In this document: one piece after another, positions 9,764-18,990 of the stretch
Layout of the letters: each line of letters opens with the position of its first letter
Numbering within the stretch: the stretch's first letter is position 1
Program-made: the position numbers and the translations under genes
The notes under the pieces: model-generated
The model's input: only the letters and a program-made list of their open reading frames with translations
Databases searched by the model: none
What the model was told of the DNA's origin: nothing
Source of the DNA: a bacterium
GTDB lineage: Bacteria; SZUA-182; DTGQ01
DNA: 31,654 nucleotides
Direction of reading: 5' to 3'
Assembly: GCA_040752695.1 (NCBI GenBank)
Contig: JBFMGO010000072.1
Coordinates: 1-31,654 of the forward strand

Positions 9764-12700
9764 ATGAGTACGTATGGATACAAGACCTTGGCACGTTACT
9801 GTCTGAGGAAAGTTGCTCGCCGGGCAGACTGTCTGTGGCTCGTTTTTTTTCTGGTTATGGGGCTTGGCATAACTGATATGGTTCGTTGTGGAGGCGTGGC
9901 TGAAGGCGCAGCCGCAGTCGCTGCTACAGGCGCAATTCAAGGGAAGATTCTGGATCAGGGCGGCCAGCCCTTGGCCGATATCCAGGTTCTGGCTTTCAAT
10001 CAGTCAGCCAGCAATACAGGTACTACCTCTTTCTATAGTCTTGCTGCTTACCCGCCCTGGATGCCCGAACAAGTGAGTAAGCTGGAACAATCCGTTTATT
10101 CTTATCCCGGCTATTATGGCTATCCCGGCTATTATGGCTATTCCGCTTATCCCGGCGCACCAGCACCTTTTGCCCCTCAGCTTTATCAGACCTCGAGCCG
10201 GGCGGATGGAACCTTTCTTTTGAGCGATCTGCTGGAAGGAAGGTACAGCCTCTGGGCTTACGATCCCCAGTGCAGGGGTTTGATGCCTGCCATATTCGGC
10301 CACGATGACAGCCAGTACCAAAATATGGCGTCCGCTTATTCTTCCTACGTGCCCTATATACCCTATCCCTCTCTGATTGTTCCGATCAGGGTCAAGGCAG
10401 GGCAGACTTCCGGGCCGCTCAGCCTGAGCATGATCATGGGCGGAAGATTATCCGGCAGGGTGACCGATGCAGCCAATGGCTCGCCGGTCAAAGGAGCCGA
10501 GGTCTGTGCCTATACTCAGCAGGGAGTATACATGAGCTCTCCGCCATTTACTTTTTATACCATCTCCGATAGTGATGGGAATTTTACCTTCTGCGGCCTG
10601 CCCGAAGGGGCATCCATGCTCATGGTCACGAGAGCCGAAGGATACGTAGGTACTTACGGAACCCGTGGGTATTATGTACCTTTTGAAGAAAACACTTTCA
10701 GCGTGGTGGCGGGTCAGGAGACAACCGGATGCAATCTGACCCTGAACGCAGGCGGTGGGTTTTCCGGCAAAGTTACCAGTCAGGTTGATGGAAAACCGGT
10801 TGCCGATGCTCTGATCAGTTGCTTTTCGAACGAACTGGGAGGTTATTACCAGTCTCTGTCGGCAACGAGCAAAGAGGATGGCACCTACCGCATAAACGGT
10901 TTGGAACCTGGCTCTTATATTCCCATGGTCTATTATGCTCCCGGCTTCCAGGGTGTCTATTATCCGAATACGCGGGACCAGGATCAGGCCAGGGAAATCC
11001 AGGTGGAAGCGGGGAAGGAAACCGGTTCCATCGATTTTCAGCTCGCTCCCTCACAAGGCAAGGGAATCATCCAGGGCCGGATCATCGATAAGGACAGCGG
11101 CCTTCCCGTAGCCGGAATTCAGGTCAGCATCTATAAAGAGTCTGGTCCCCTGGGTTACAACACCTATTATCCATATTCTTTGGCCATCATGGATAACAGG
11201 CCCATTCCGATTCAGACTGATCAGGAGGGGAAATTTGCCTTTACCGGCCTGGAAAACGGCAACTACAGCCTGGATGCGTCTGATTGGACAGGGAAGTATC
11301 TCCCCGCTCGTTATCCGGAATATATGATAGGCAATCAGTATGGGTATGTTACCCCTCGATATATCGAATTGTCTGAAACGCAGCCTGTCAGCGGAGATAT
11401 CGAGATAACCCTGCGGGCCGGAGGATGCCTGAAAGGTATGGTCCTGGTCGGGTCCACGCCTTTGGCAGGAGTCCAGGTCATGGCCTGGAAAGTAAGCCAA
11501 GAAAACAGTGGTGAGCCTTATCCGTATTATGGCTATGGATACCCTGGTGCAGCGTATACCTCAGCCTCCTCTTATTCAGCCTACTATCCTACTCCGTCAT
11601 ACTATGGCGGATTCCAGGACGTGACCGATACTGCCGGGGAATTTACCCTGTACGGTCTGGAAGAAGGAGAGTACATCGTTTTGGCCGATTGTTCCATGGG
11701 ATCTCAGAATTACAGAGCGACTTACTGCCTCGATCCGGAGGCGGAGGAAGAAAAACCGCGCGTTTTCACCATTTCCTCAGGCAGCACGAGCGGTGACCTG
11801 GTCATTTCCCTGAAGGAAGGCGCTTCCATCAGCGGAAAGGTCGTGGACAAGACCGGGAAACCCCTGGCCGGAGTCATGGTAACCGCAGATATCGATTGGC
11901 AGTATTCCGATACCTCCGATAAGCAGCCTGACCCTTCTTATTACTATCCCCACGCCAGGTATGCCCTGACTGCCGAGGATGGAACCTATACCGTGAATGG
12001 CCTGTCAGAAGGAGTCTACATCCTGAGAGCCGCTGATCAGAGCGGGGAATATCAGGCCGATTGCCGCTCCGGTATCGAGGTGTCTCCTCCGCAAACCTTT
12101 TTTACACCTGATCTGGTCTTGCCCAAGAGCCTGATTCTTTCCGGAAGAGTAACTTCCAACGATGGCCAGCCGCTGGCTAACATCTGGGTTTATGCTTATC
12201 CTGATGAAAATTCGTATGATGATGACTCAAGCTCCGACAGCAGTTGCCAGGTGTACACTGACAGCAGTACCTCCACAGCCGAGGATGGCACCTACCGGAT
12301 AACCAGGCTTGCAGCCGGAAATTACCGGCTCGAAGCGCGGGATCGGGAAGATAAATATGTATCGGCCAAATACGGCGACGGATCTGCATCGCTCGTGATA
12401 ACCGCATTGGAGGGAGAAGAAAAGACCGGCCTTGACTTTCGTCTTACTCTGGGAGGAAGTATCAAGGGCACTGTCCGTGATTCGGCTGCGGGCAAACCGG
12501 TGCCGGGTTTGCAGATCGTGGCCGAGTGGAAAGGACCTCTTGAGTCATCCGATACCGGGCAGACTTCACTAGAGGGAAGAAGACGCTACTATTCATCTCC
12601 TGGTGACGGCGGGGGACTTTACCTGCTGAGCGGGCTTCCTGCCGGTAAATACCTCGTTTACACCGCAAACGAGGTAAACGATCTCAACGGGAGAAACTTT

Positions 12701-14611
12701 ATGCCTCAGTACTATTCGGGGGCAACCAATGAGAGTGGAGCGACCCTCGTCGAAGTCTCTTTAGGGCAAACCATCGAGAATATCGGTTTTAACCTGTCCG
12801 AGGGCGTCATTCTCAAGGGCGTGGTCAGGGATTTCGTAACCGGCCAGCCCGTAAAGGGCGCAGGATGCATAATCATTCTGTATGATGAGCAGGAGCGGGA
12901 AGTAAAACGGACCTCTGTCAACCCAGCCGGGGAATATATACTCAGAGGTATTTGTCCCGGCATCTACTTTATCAAGGCAGACTGGTCTTCGGATTACTAT
13001 CCTGCCTATTATCACCAGGAGATGACCGATCCGCAGGTGTCTACACCTGTTCCCGTCTCCATCAGCCTGCCCAGTCCGATGGAAGGGATGGACATTTTCC
13101 TCTATCCCAGGGCATCGATCAGTGGACAGGTAGTGGATGAATTCGACCAAAAACCTCTGGCCAATATCATGATCGTGGCCAAGGCAGCTTTCCTGGGATC
13201 TGATGATCATCGAGCGGAAATGGCCGATATATCTGCGATACCCTATGCCAGCTCGTATCTCCCGTATCCATACATCATCGCCGATCTTTCCGACCCTTAC
13301 CGGGGTTCCTGGTATTCCCGCTCGGCGACGACCGATGCGAATGGCCGCTATACACTCAAGGGCCTGGAAGAGGGCGATTACGTGATTATGGCTTATGACT
13401 ATTCGCATATCTATGGCAGTGAGTATTACCAGGATGTTCCCAGGGACCAGTCGGCCAGGGCTACGGTCGTCCATGCAGGTAAAACAGGGGACACAGGTGG
13501 AATCGATCTGAAGCTCCAGGTGGGTGAAACCTATGCCGGCGTTGATGACACTGCCAGTCCCTCCGGGGGTGGGTACCCGATATCCGGCTCTGCAGCGTAC
13601 ATCGGCCCAGGCCCAAGAACAGCGTCCGGTGCTTATTATGGTGGTTTATCCGGTGACATCATGCCCTTGTCCTCCAGCTCTTCCTTCCTTCCCGGCGAGC
13701 TTTCCGGCCAGGCGGCAACTGATGGGGACAGGCAAACTCAATGGTATACCTATGATCCTTATCAACCGACTGTTATAGCAGGCCAACTTCCAGCAAACCT
13801 GCCGGATCAATTTCCGGCCGGAACACCAGGAATCATTCCCGAGATTACTTCATCCAATTCCGTAGAGCGGATTACGGCAGGCCGCACCTTCAGCTATGAA
13901 ATAAAGGTCAAGGATTCCGAGATTGCTCCTCTTCTCAGATACAGCCTGGCGCGTGGGCCAGAAGGTATGACGGTCGATGATTCAGGCAAGGTTCAATGGC
14001 AGCCGTCCAACAGCGATGCCGGGCCGTACATCGTTCAGGTAAAGGTCGATAATGGCGCAGGTCAGGTAGCCTTGCAGTCCTTCCGCCTGGGAGTTGAAGC
14101 CGATACCACGCCGCCTGCGGAGGTTACGGCTCTGAAAGCAGCCAAAGGGGATAAAAAGGTTACCCTTTCCTGGACTCCCAGTGCGGATTCCGACCAGGAC
14201 CTGGCTGATCAAACCCTGTATGTCAAGGAAGGAAATAAGACTTACGGATCAGGGATCAGCATCGGGAAAACCGCAGCCAGCTACACCGTGGAGAACCTGA
14301 AAAATGATCAGGTCTACACTTTCAAAATCACAACCAGAGATAAACTGGAGAATGAAAGCAGCGGCGTGTCTGCTACGGCAGCTCCTGCAGCCAGCCTCTC
14401 GCCAAACAACGCCTCTACTCCAGTGCTATGGTACCCTCCCTCTTTTGCCTCTTTCTACGAGCAGTGGAATTATTATACTCTGTGGGGAAAGAATTTCAGA
14501 ACACCTGCAGTTTCGGGCAGTGTTGGCAGCGGCCTGGGGACAAACTGGATAGGGGATGATTACAGCGGCAGTGCCTTGTCCGCATACTCTCAGTGGTTAA
14601 GGCCTTATTAG
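9764..14611 (+). CDS. Giant secreted/surface protein, paralogue of 3181..9447: 10 carboxypeptidase-regulatory-like repeats + Ig-like + FN3, no cohesin
   Basis: 1620-aa ORF; GGAGG 9751-9755 favours ATG 9764; colinear similarity with gene 1 from the signal region (MSTY..L.RYCLRKVA..CLWLV) through the FN3 domain. Confidence 0.9.
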   Translation: MSTYGYKTLARYCLRKVARRADCLWLVFFLVMGLGITDMVRCGGVAEGAAAVAATGAIQGKILDQGGQPLADIQVLAFNQSASNTGTTSFYSLAAYPPWMPEQVSKLEQSVYSYPGYYGYPGYYGYSAYPGAPAPFAPQLYQTSSRADGTFLLSDLLEGRYSLWAYDPQCRGLMPAIFGHDDSQYQNMASAYSSYVPYIPYPSLIVPIRVKAGQTSGPLSLSMIMGGRLSGRVTDAANGSPVKGAEVCAYTQQGVYMSSPPFTFYTISDSDGNFTFCGLPEGASMLMVTRAEGYVGTYGTRGYYVPFEENTFSVVAGQETTGCNLTLNAGGGFSGKVTSQVDGKPVADALISCFSNELGGYYQSLSATSKEDGTYRINGLEPGSYIPMVYYAPGFQGVYYPNTRDQDQAREIQVEAGKETGSIDFQLAPSQGKGIIQGRIIDKDSGLPVAGIQVSIYKESGPLGYNTYYPYSLAIMDNRPIPIQTDQEGKFAFTGLENGNYSLDASDWTGKYLPARYPEYMIGNQYGYVTPRYIELSETQPVSGDIEITLRAGGCLKGMVLVGSTPLAGVQVMAWKVSQENSGEPYPYYGYGYPGAAYTSASSYSAYYPTPSYYGGFQDVTDTAGEFTLYGLEEGEYIVLADCSMGSQNYRATYCLDPEAEEEKPRVFTISSGSTSGDLVISLKEGASISGKVVDKTGKPLAGVMVTADIDWQYSDTSDKQPDPSYYYPHARYALTAEDGTYTVNGLSEGVYILRAADQSGEYQADCRSGIEVSPPQTFFTPDLVLPKSLILSGRVTSNDGQPLANIWVYAYPDENSYDDDSSSDSSCQVYTDSSTSTAEDGTYRITRLAAGNYRLEARDREDKYVSAKYGDGSASLVITALEGEEKTGLDFRLTLGGSIKGTVRDSAAGKPVPGLQIVAEWKGPLESSDTGQTSLEGRRRYYSSPGDGGGLYLLSGLPAGKYLVYTANEVNDLNGRNFMPQYYSGATNESGATLVEVSLGQTIENIGFNLSEGVILKGVVRDFVTGQPVKGAGCIIILYDEQEREVKRTSVNPAGEYILRGICPGIYFIKADWSSDYYPAYYHQEMTDPQVSTPVPVSISLPSPMEGMDIFLYPRASISGQVVDEFDQKPLANIMIVAKAAFLGSDDHRAEMADISAIPYASSYLPYPYIIADLSDPYRGSWYSRSATTDANGRYTLKGLEEGDYVIMAYDYSHIYGSEYYQDVPRDQSARATVVHAGKTGDTGGIDLKLQVGETYAGVDDTASPSGGGYPISGSAAYIGPGPRTASGAYYGGLSGDIMPLSSSSSFLPGELSGQAATDGDRQTQWYTYDPYQPTVIAGQLPANLPDQFPAGTPGIIPEITSSNSVERITAGRTFSYEIKVKDSEIAPLLRYSLARGPEGMTVDDSGKVQWQPSNSDAGPYIVQVKVDNGAGQVALQSFRLGVEADTTPPAEVTALKAAKGDKKVTLSWTPSADSDQDLADQTLYVKEGNKTYGSGISIGKTAASYTVENLKNDQVYTFKITTRDKLENESSGVSATAAPAASLSPNNASTPVLWYPPSFASFYEQWNYYTLWGKNFRTPAVSGSVGSGLGTNWIGDDYSGSALSAYSQWLRPY

Positions 14612-14663
14612 GACAGAGAATTTTCACCTTCCAATCCTCCTCATGGCTTTTTGCATGAGAGTC

Positions 14664-14727
14664 GCAGGTAGCTCCTCTTGCCTGGCCTCAAGGGATGGTC
14701 CCTTGAGGCCAGGCAAAGGGCACCTGC
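14664..14727. terminator. Long hairpin (18-bp perfect core) between convergent giant gene 2 and adh; likely bidirectional terminator
   Basis: ttgcctggcctcaaggga-tgg-tcccttgaggccaggcaa (14678-14716), extended by gcaggt/acctgc. Confidence 0.7.
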
Positions 14728-14757
14728 TCATACATTAAAGCATCCACAGCCCCCGGG

Positions 14758-15927
14758 CTACAAAGCTGCTTTGTAGATATTCACGATATCCTCCAGCGAA
14801 GGACATCGGGGATTGGTAAAGCTGCATGCATCTTTTTGTGCATTCTGGGCCATGAGAGTCAAATCTTCCTCCTTGACTCCCAGTTCTCTCAGCCTGGCTG
14901 GAATACCGATATCAGCGGCCAGGGTTTTCATGGCATCGAGAGCTCTTTCTGCCGCTGCCCGCTGGGACATGCCGGCAACTTTTTCTCCCATGGCCACTGC
15001 GATATCGACAAAGCGATCCATTTTAGCAATCAGGTTGAACCGCTCGATATGAGGAAGGAGAATGGCATTGCTTACGCCATGAGGCAGGTTATAGAAACCG
15101 CCCAATTGGTGGGCCATGGCATGGACGTGCCCCAGCCCGGCACTATTGAAGGCCATTCCGGCAAGGTATTCGGCATAGGCCATATTTTCACGTGCCGCAG
15201 CATCGTGGCCGTTAGCCACGGCTGCCCGAAGGTACCTGGCAATCAGCGCAATGGCCTTGAGTGCGCAAGTATCGGTAATAGGAGTAGCCATGGTCGATAC
15301 ATACGCCTCGATAGCATGGGTTAAGGCATCCATGCCGGTTGCCGCGGTCAGTGACGGTGGCATGTCCATCATCAGCAATGGATCATTGATGGCTACATTC
15401 GGAGTTACCCGCTGGTCAATGATAGGCATTTTTACTTTGCGGCTCGTATCCGTAATAATGCAAAAGCGGGTCATCTCACTGGCCGTCCCTGCTGTGGTAT
15501 TCACGGCAATAAAAGGCGGCATGGGTTTTTTGGTTTTATCGACCCCTTCGTAATCCCTAATATCTCCGCCATTGGTGGCCAGAATTCCGATGCCCTTGGC
15601 GCAGTCGTGTGCGCTTCCGCCACCCAGTGAAATAATCATATCACAGCCATAATCCTGGTAAACTTTCAGCCCGTCGTGGACATTGAAATCGGTAGGATTG
15701 GCTACGGTTTCATCAAAGACAACGGAATCGAGCCCCGGATCTGTTTTGATCAGGTCAACGATCTTCTGGGTTATCCCCGCTTTAGTGATTCCTTTATCCG
15801 TACAAATAAACGGTTTTCTGGCTCCTCCCAGGGCCTTGATCTGTTTGCCCAATTCTTTGTGCGCTCCGAACCCCAGGAAAGTGATGCTGGGAATATAGAA
15901 TGCATACGTCTGTTCTGCGATGGCCAT
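14758..15927 (-). CDS. adh: Iron-containing (group III) alcohol dehydrogenase
   Basis: GGGSAHDCAKG, NTTAGTASEMT, GMDALTHAIEAY, GHVHAMAHQLGGFYNLPHG metal-binding motifs; AGGAGG upstream of ATG 15927 (MAIAEQTY...). Confidence 0.95.
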   Translation of the reverse strand: MAIAEQTYAFYIPSITFLGFGAHKELGKQIKALGGARKPFICTDKGITKAGITQKIVDLIKTDPGLDSVVFDETVANPTDFNVHDGLKVYQDYGCDMIISLGGGSAHDCAKGIGILATNGGDIRDYEGVDKTKKPMPPFIAVNTTAGTASEMTRFCIITDTSRKVKMPIIDQRVTPNVAINDPLLMMDMPPSLTAATGMDALTHAIEAYVSTMATPITDTCALKAIALIARYLRAAVANGHDAAARENMAYAEYLAGMAFNSAGLGHVHAMAHQLGGFYNLPHGVSNAILLPHIERFNLIAKMDRFVDIAVAMGEKVAGMSQRAAAERALDAMKTLAADIGIPARLRELGVKEEDLTLMAQNAQKDACSFTNPRCPSLEDIVNIYKAAL

Positions 15928-16179
15928 AATAACTCCTCCTTTCATTTTAAGTGACTCTCCGAAAAGCGGGGATGATCTCAATATTCATGAGCTCTTCCAG
16001 GACCCTCCAGATAGCCTTCAAGTATACATAGCCATGACTTAAGCACACGGCGCCATGATTACAGGGCCGGTTGCCCTAAAAGGCACCTCATCATTAAAAT
16101 TATATCTTCGATATATCGTCTTTTATCGCCAATACCGTCCGCCAATCCTGCGAGTAACGTATCTGGATTAACCAATCAT

Positions 16180-16234
16180 AAATTAAATACAAATTAAACG
16201 CATTGTAAACGCAAATTAAGCACAAAATAAATAT
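16180..16234. repeat. Five degenerate 11-bp direct repeats upstream of adh
   Basis: aaattaaatac aaattaaacgc attgtaaacgc aaattaagcac aaaataaatat. Confidence 0.6.
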
Positions 16235-16293
16235 ATCTTAATCGCTGGTTCCCAAAATACCGTCCATTATAGAACTATACTTTTGCACTTTTT

Positions 16294-16362
16294 GTCATTC
16301 CCGCGAAAGTGGGAATCCAGAAGCCCTTGAAAAACCTGGATTCCCGCTTTCGCGGGAATGAC
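16294..16362. repeat. REPIN-like doublet of two inverted 27-bp palindromic units (dRS3-like ATTCCC-N8-GGGAAT core)
   Basis: gtcattcccgcgaaagtgggaatccag-N15-ctggattcccgctttcgcgggaatgac; arms 26/27 complementary. Confidence 0.85.
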
Positions 16363-16509
16363 GGGTGGTTAGTGCGAAGCTATCAGTATTTCAAGCACTT
16401 ATTAAAAAATGCAAAAATATAATATAGAAATAAGATATAGAAATATGAATCTGATAGCCAAAGTTTATTGTGAGTATTATATAATTGAGTATGGAATAGT
16501 GGAATTTAT

Positions 16510-16539
16510 TTGACACCGACGGCAATTAAACAGTAAGAT
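16510..16539 (+). promoter_or_regulatory. Putative sigma-70 promoter
   Basis: TTGACA-N18-TAAGAT in AT-rich intergenic DNA. Confidence 0.4.
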
Positions 16540-16806
16540 AAAGTAAACCATGGAAAATAATGCAATGAGAAAGGTTATGAAGAGGTTATACATATCGAGG
16601 TTATAATAGATGAGATTATAATATAGGGGAAACAGCTTCTTAAAACAGAAGTTAACTCATAGAATCTCAATAACCAGTCGGTCTTGAGGAATGCAGGAAC
16701 ATCCCCCAAGACCTGGCCGTCATTGGTCCACGCTATAGGAACTCTACCAATGAGCGGTTGTTTATAGTATACCAAAAGAGTTCCTCCAAGAAAAGGAGGG
16801 CATTAT

Positions 16807-17074
16807 ATGTATCCTTCAATTAACATTCCCGCCGTTACCGGAAAGATTTATGGAATCATCGAAAACCTTACCGATGTCATTGAAGAGCTGAGTAAAAATC
16901 CTTCACCGGCGCATGGACCTTCACCGGCTCACGGGCTTTCACCGGCTCGAACCTTCGGACTGGAAGGGATGGATGGGGTAAGCCTGGATGGAGACGGCGG
17001 CGGTAGATGCGGCGAAGAAGCAACAGGAGAAGGAGCGATAGGAGGAGAACCCGCAGCGGGAGAAGGAGACTTGA
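16807..17074 (+). pseudogene. Small hypothetical gene or degraded gene with an 18-bp repeat (PSPAHG)
   Basis: Strong AAGGAGG SD before ATG 16807; the open frame runs 252 bp into the convergent rsmG fusion, suggesting a lost stop or frameshift. Confidence 0.3.
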
Positions 17075-17082
17075 GCGTTTTC

Positions 17083-18891
17083 TTATTCCTTTCCTATTCT
17101 CCTTCTCCACTCATAGAGGGCAATGGCCGCGGCAGTGGCTGCGTTCAGCGATTCGAGGCCGGGCTCCATAGGGATGGCCAGGGCCTGGGATCTGAGCTCT
17201 TCGGGCAGACCCGGACCTTCAGTGCCGGGCAGAAGGATAAAGCTTTCGGGAAATTGGAACCGGCTGATTCGGGTTCCCTCCATAGAGAGGGTGATCAAAG
17301 GGATTCCTCTTCCTTGCGCTGCCTGGACAATTGACTGAATCTCCTGAATGGATGGGCCCTTATAGTAATTCACCCGAAAGACTGCGCTTCCACCTGCCCT
17401 GATGCTCTTGGGGTGATAGGGACTGGCTGCTTCTTTAAGCAGGATAATATCCCTGACCCCGAAGGCGGCAGCGCTGCGAATAACAGCGCCGGTATTTTCA
17501 GGGTCCTGGAAGGGGATCATCATGGTGCAGCCGGGTCTTTTTTCTTCGGCCTGCCGGGCCTCTTTGTCCTGCCTGCCCTCTTCGGCTTGCCGGACATCTA
17601 TGTCCTGCCTGCCCTCTTTGGCCTGCCAGGCCTCTTTGTCCAGCAAGGCATCTTCGGCCTGCCATGTCTCTATGGGAGGAGTCCTCACGACAAGGATATC
17701 TGCACCGGTTCCAAAGATATCCAATTCGCGATACAGGGGGCTGCTCAGGCGGTAGAGGGGAATCTGTTTGATCCCACCGGGAAGGGCTTCAGACACAATA
17801 TCCGCAACCTCTTCTTCCCTTGTTGGCGAAAGAATCAGACCAGCGCACAGATCAGGAAAATCTCTCATGACTTCGCGGACGATTTTCCGGCCAAAGACCA
17901 GAGCGTGCCCTTCCTTCTTTATCCCCTTGGAGGTCAAAAGGGCCTTCAAGTGCTTGAACGTCTCGTTGGCCGGGCTTTCTATGGATTGGACCTGGTAGCC
18001 GTGTTCGGTTTCCCATTGTTCCTCAATCCGCTCGAAAATAACCAGTCTGCGCTGATGAGGGGTATGAGGTATGGTGTAGGCGACATCCCTGTCGAGCCGG
18101 TAGGAGCGGCCCATTCTTTCCACTGCCTCTTCGATTTCAGCATCGCAGCGGGGGCCTTTCATGAAGATCGCCCATCCTCCCGTTTGCAGGCTCCTCCTTA
18201 CTCTGGCCAGGGTTTCGGCAATAGGCTCAACCGCCCTGGTAATGACACCCCTGATTGGCCGATTGAAAGAGGTGGAGGTTTTATGGCCGTAGATTTCGAT
18301 TTTTTGAAGGCCCAGAGCTTCGATTACTTCATGCAGAAACCGGACTCTTTTGTGCCTGCCTTCGGAAAGGATGAATTCGGTTTCGGGGCAGGCTATTTTA
18401 AGCGGGATAGCAGGAAGTCCTGCACCTGTGCCAATGTCGAGAAGAGGGGAGGGGAGATCCCAGTTCAGGATTCTGGCTACCAGAATGCTGTCAATGTAGT
18501 GCTTCTGGACCATGTCATCAAACTGAAGGATGCGGGTCAGGTCGTATTCCTCGTTTTTTTCCCGCAGCAGGTTATGATACTGCCAAAGTTGCTTGTATTG
18601 CTTCTCGATAAGTGGTAGATTACTCCTTTGGAACCACTCTTTGAGTGACGCCGGTCCTGGAGGAAGCTTTTCCCTGGCAGGCGGGAATTCCTCCCTGGCC
18701 GGCCCAGGAGGAAGCCTATCTCTTGAAGACGGAAGTTTCTCTCTAACAGGTAGAGATTTCTCCCTGGCAGACGAAGATTTCTCTCTGTCAGGCGAAGATT
18801 TCCCCCTGTCAGGCAGATGGATTTTGGCTTTACGCCTTTTTATGTCCTTTGATGCTGATCGGGAAGTATTTTTTATTGATCGGGGATTCAT
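17083..18891 (-). CDS. rsmG: Fusion of 16S rRNA m7G527 methyltransferase RsmG(GidB) and a TrmH/SpoU-family 2'-O-methyltransferase, with a repetitive basic N-terminal extension
   Basis: RsmG: NEEYDLTRI..HYIDS..LLDIGTGAGLPAIPLKI..TRAV..FMKG. SpoU: IESPAN..FQDPENTGAVIRSAAAFG..GTEGPGL..IPMEPGLESLNAATAAAIALYE. Start uncertain (18891 or 18966). Confidence 0.85.
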   Translation of the reverse strand: MNPRSIKNTSRSASKDIKRRKAKIHLPDRGKSSPDREKSSSAREKSLPVREKLPSSRDRLPPGPAREEFPPAREKLPPGPASLKEWFQRSNLPLIEKQYKQLWQYHNLLREKNEEYDLTRILQFDDMVQKHYIDSILVARILNWDLPSPLLDIGTGAGLPAIPLKIACPETEFILSEGRHKRVRFLHEVIEALGLQKIEIYGHKTSTSFNRPIRGVITRAVEPIAETLARVRRSLQTGGWAIFMKGPRCDAEIEEAVERMGRSYRLDRDVAYTIPHTPHQRRLVIFERIEEQWETEHGYQVQSIESPANETFKHLKALLTSKGIKKEGHALVFGRKIVREVMRDFPDLCAGLILSPTREEEVADIVSEALPGGIKQIPLYRLSSPLYRELDIFGTGADILVVRTPPIETWQAEDALLDKEAWQAKEGRQDIDVRQAEEGRQDKEARQAEEKRPGCTMMIPFQDPENTGAVIRSAAAFGVRDIILLKEAASPYHPKSIRAGGSAVFRVNYYKGPSIQEIQSIVQAAQGRGIPLITLSMEGTRISRFQFPESFILLPGTEGPGLPEELRSQALAIPMEPGLESLNAATAAAIALYEWRRRIGKE

Positions 18892-18990
18892 AATGGTACC
18901 TAAATCCTTCTCTATGCATAGTTCGGAGAGCCTTCGGATTCTTTCGGAGAATCCTAGTCTTTCCATAATATTACATGTTTTTCATAATAA

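Noticed and set aside
12761..13474. 237-aa minus-strand ORF and the other short ORFs nested in the giant genes, adh, radical SAM, MFS and CocE
   Set aside because: Antisense or alternate-frame shadows of well-supported CDSs with no independent signals
3181..14611. Paralogous segments as a DGR template/variable repeat pair
   Set aside because: Similarity is colinear over whole genes with no evident adenine-specific mismatch pattern, and no reverse transcriptase is present
17413..18618. 401-aa + strand ORF
   Set aside because: Antisense shadow of the rsmG-TrmH fusion; no recognisable motifs
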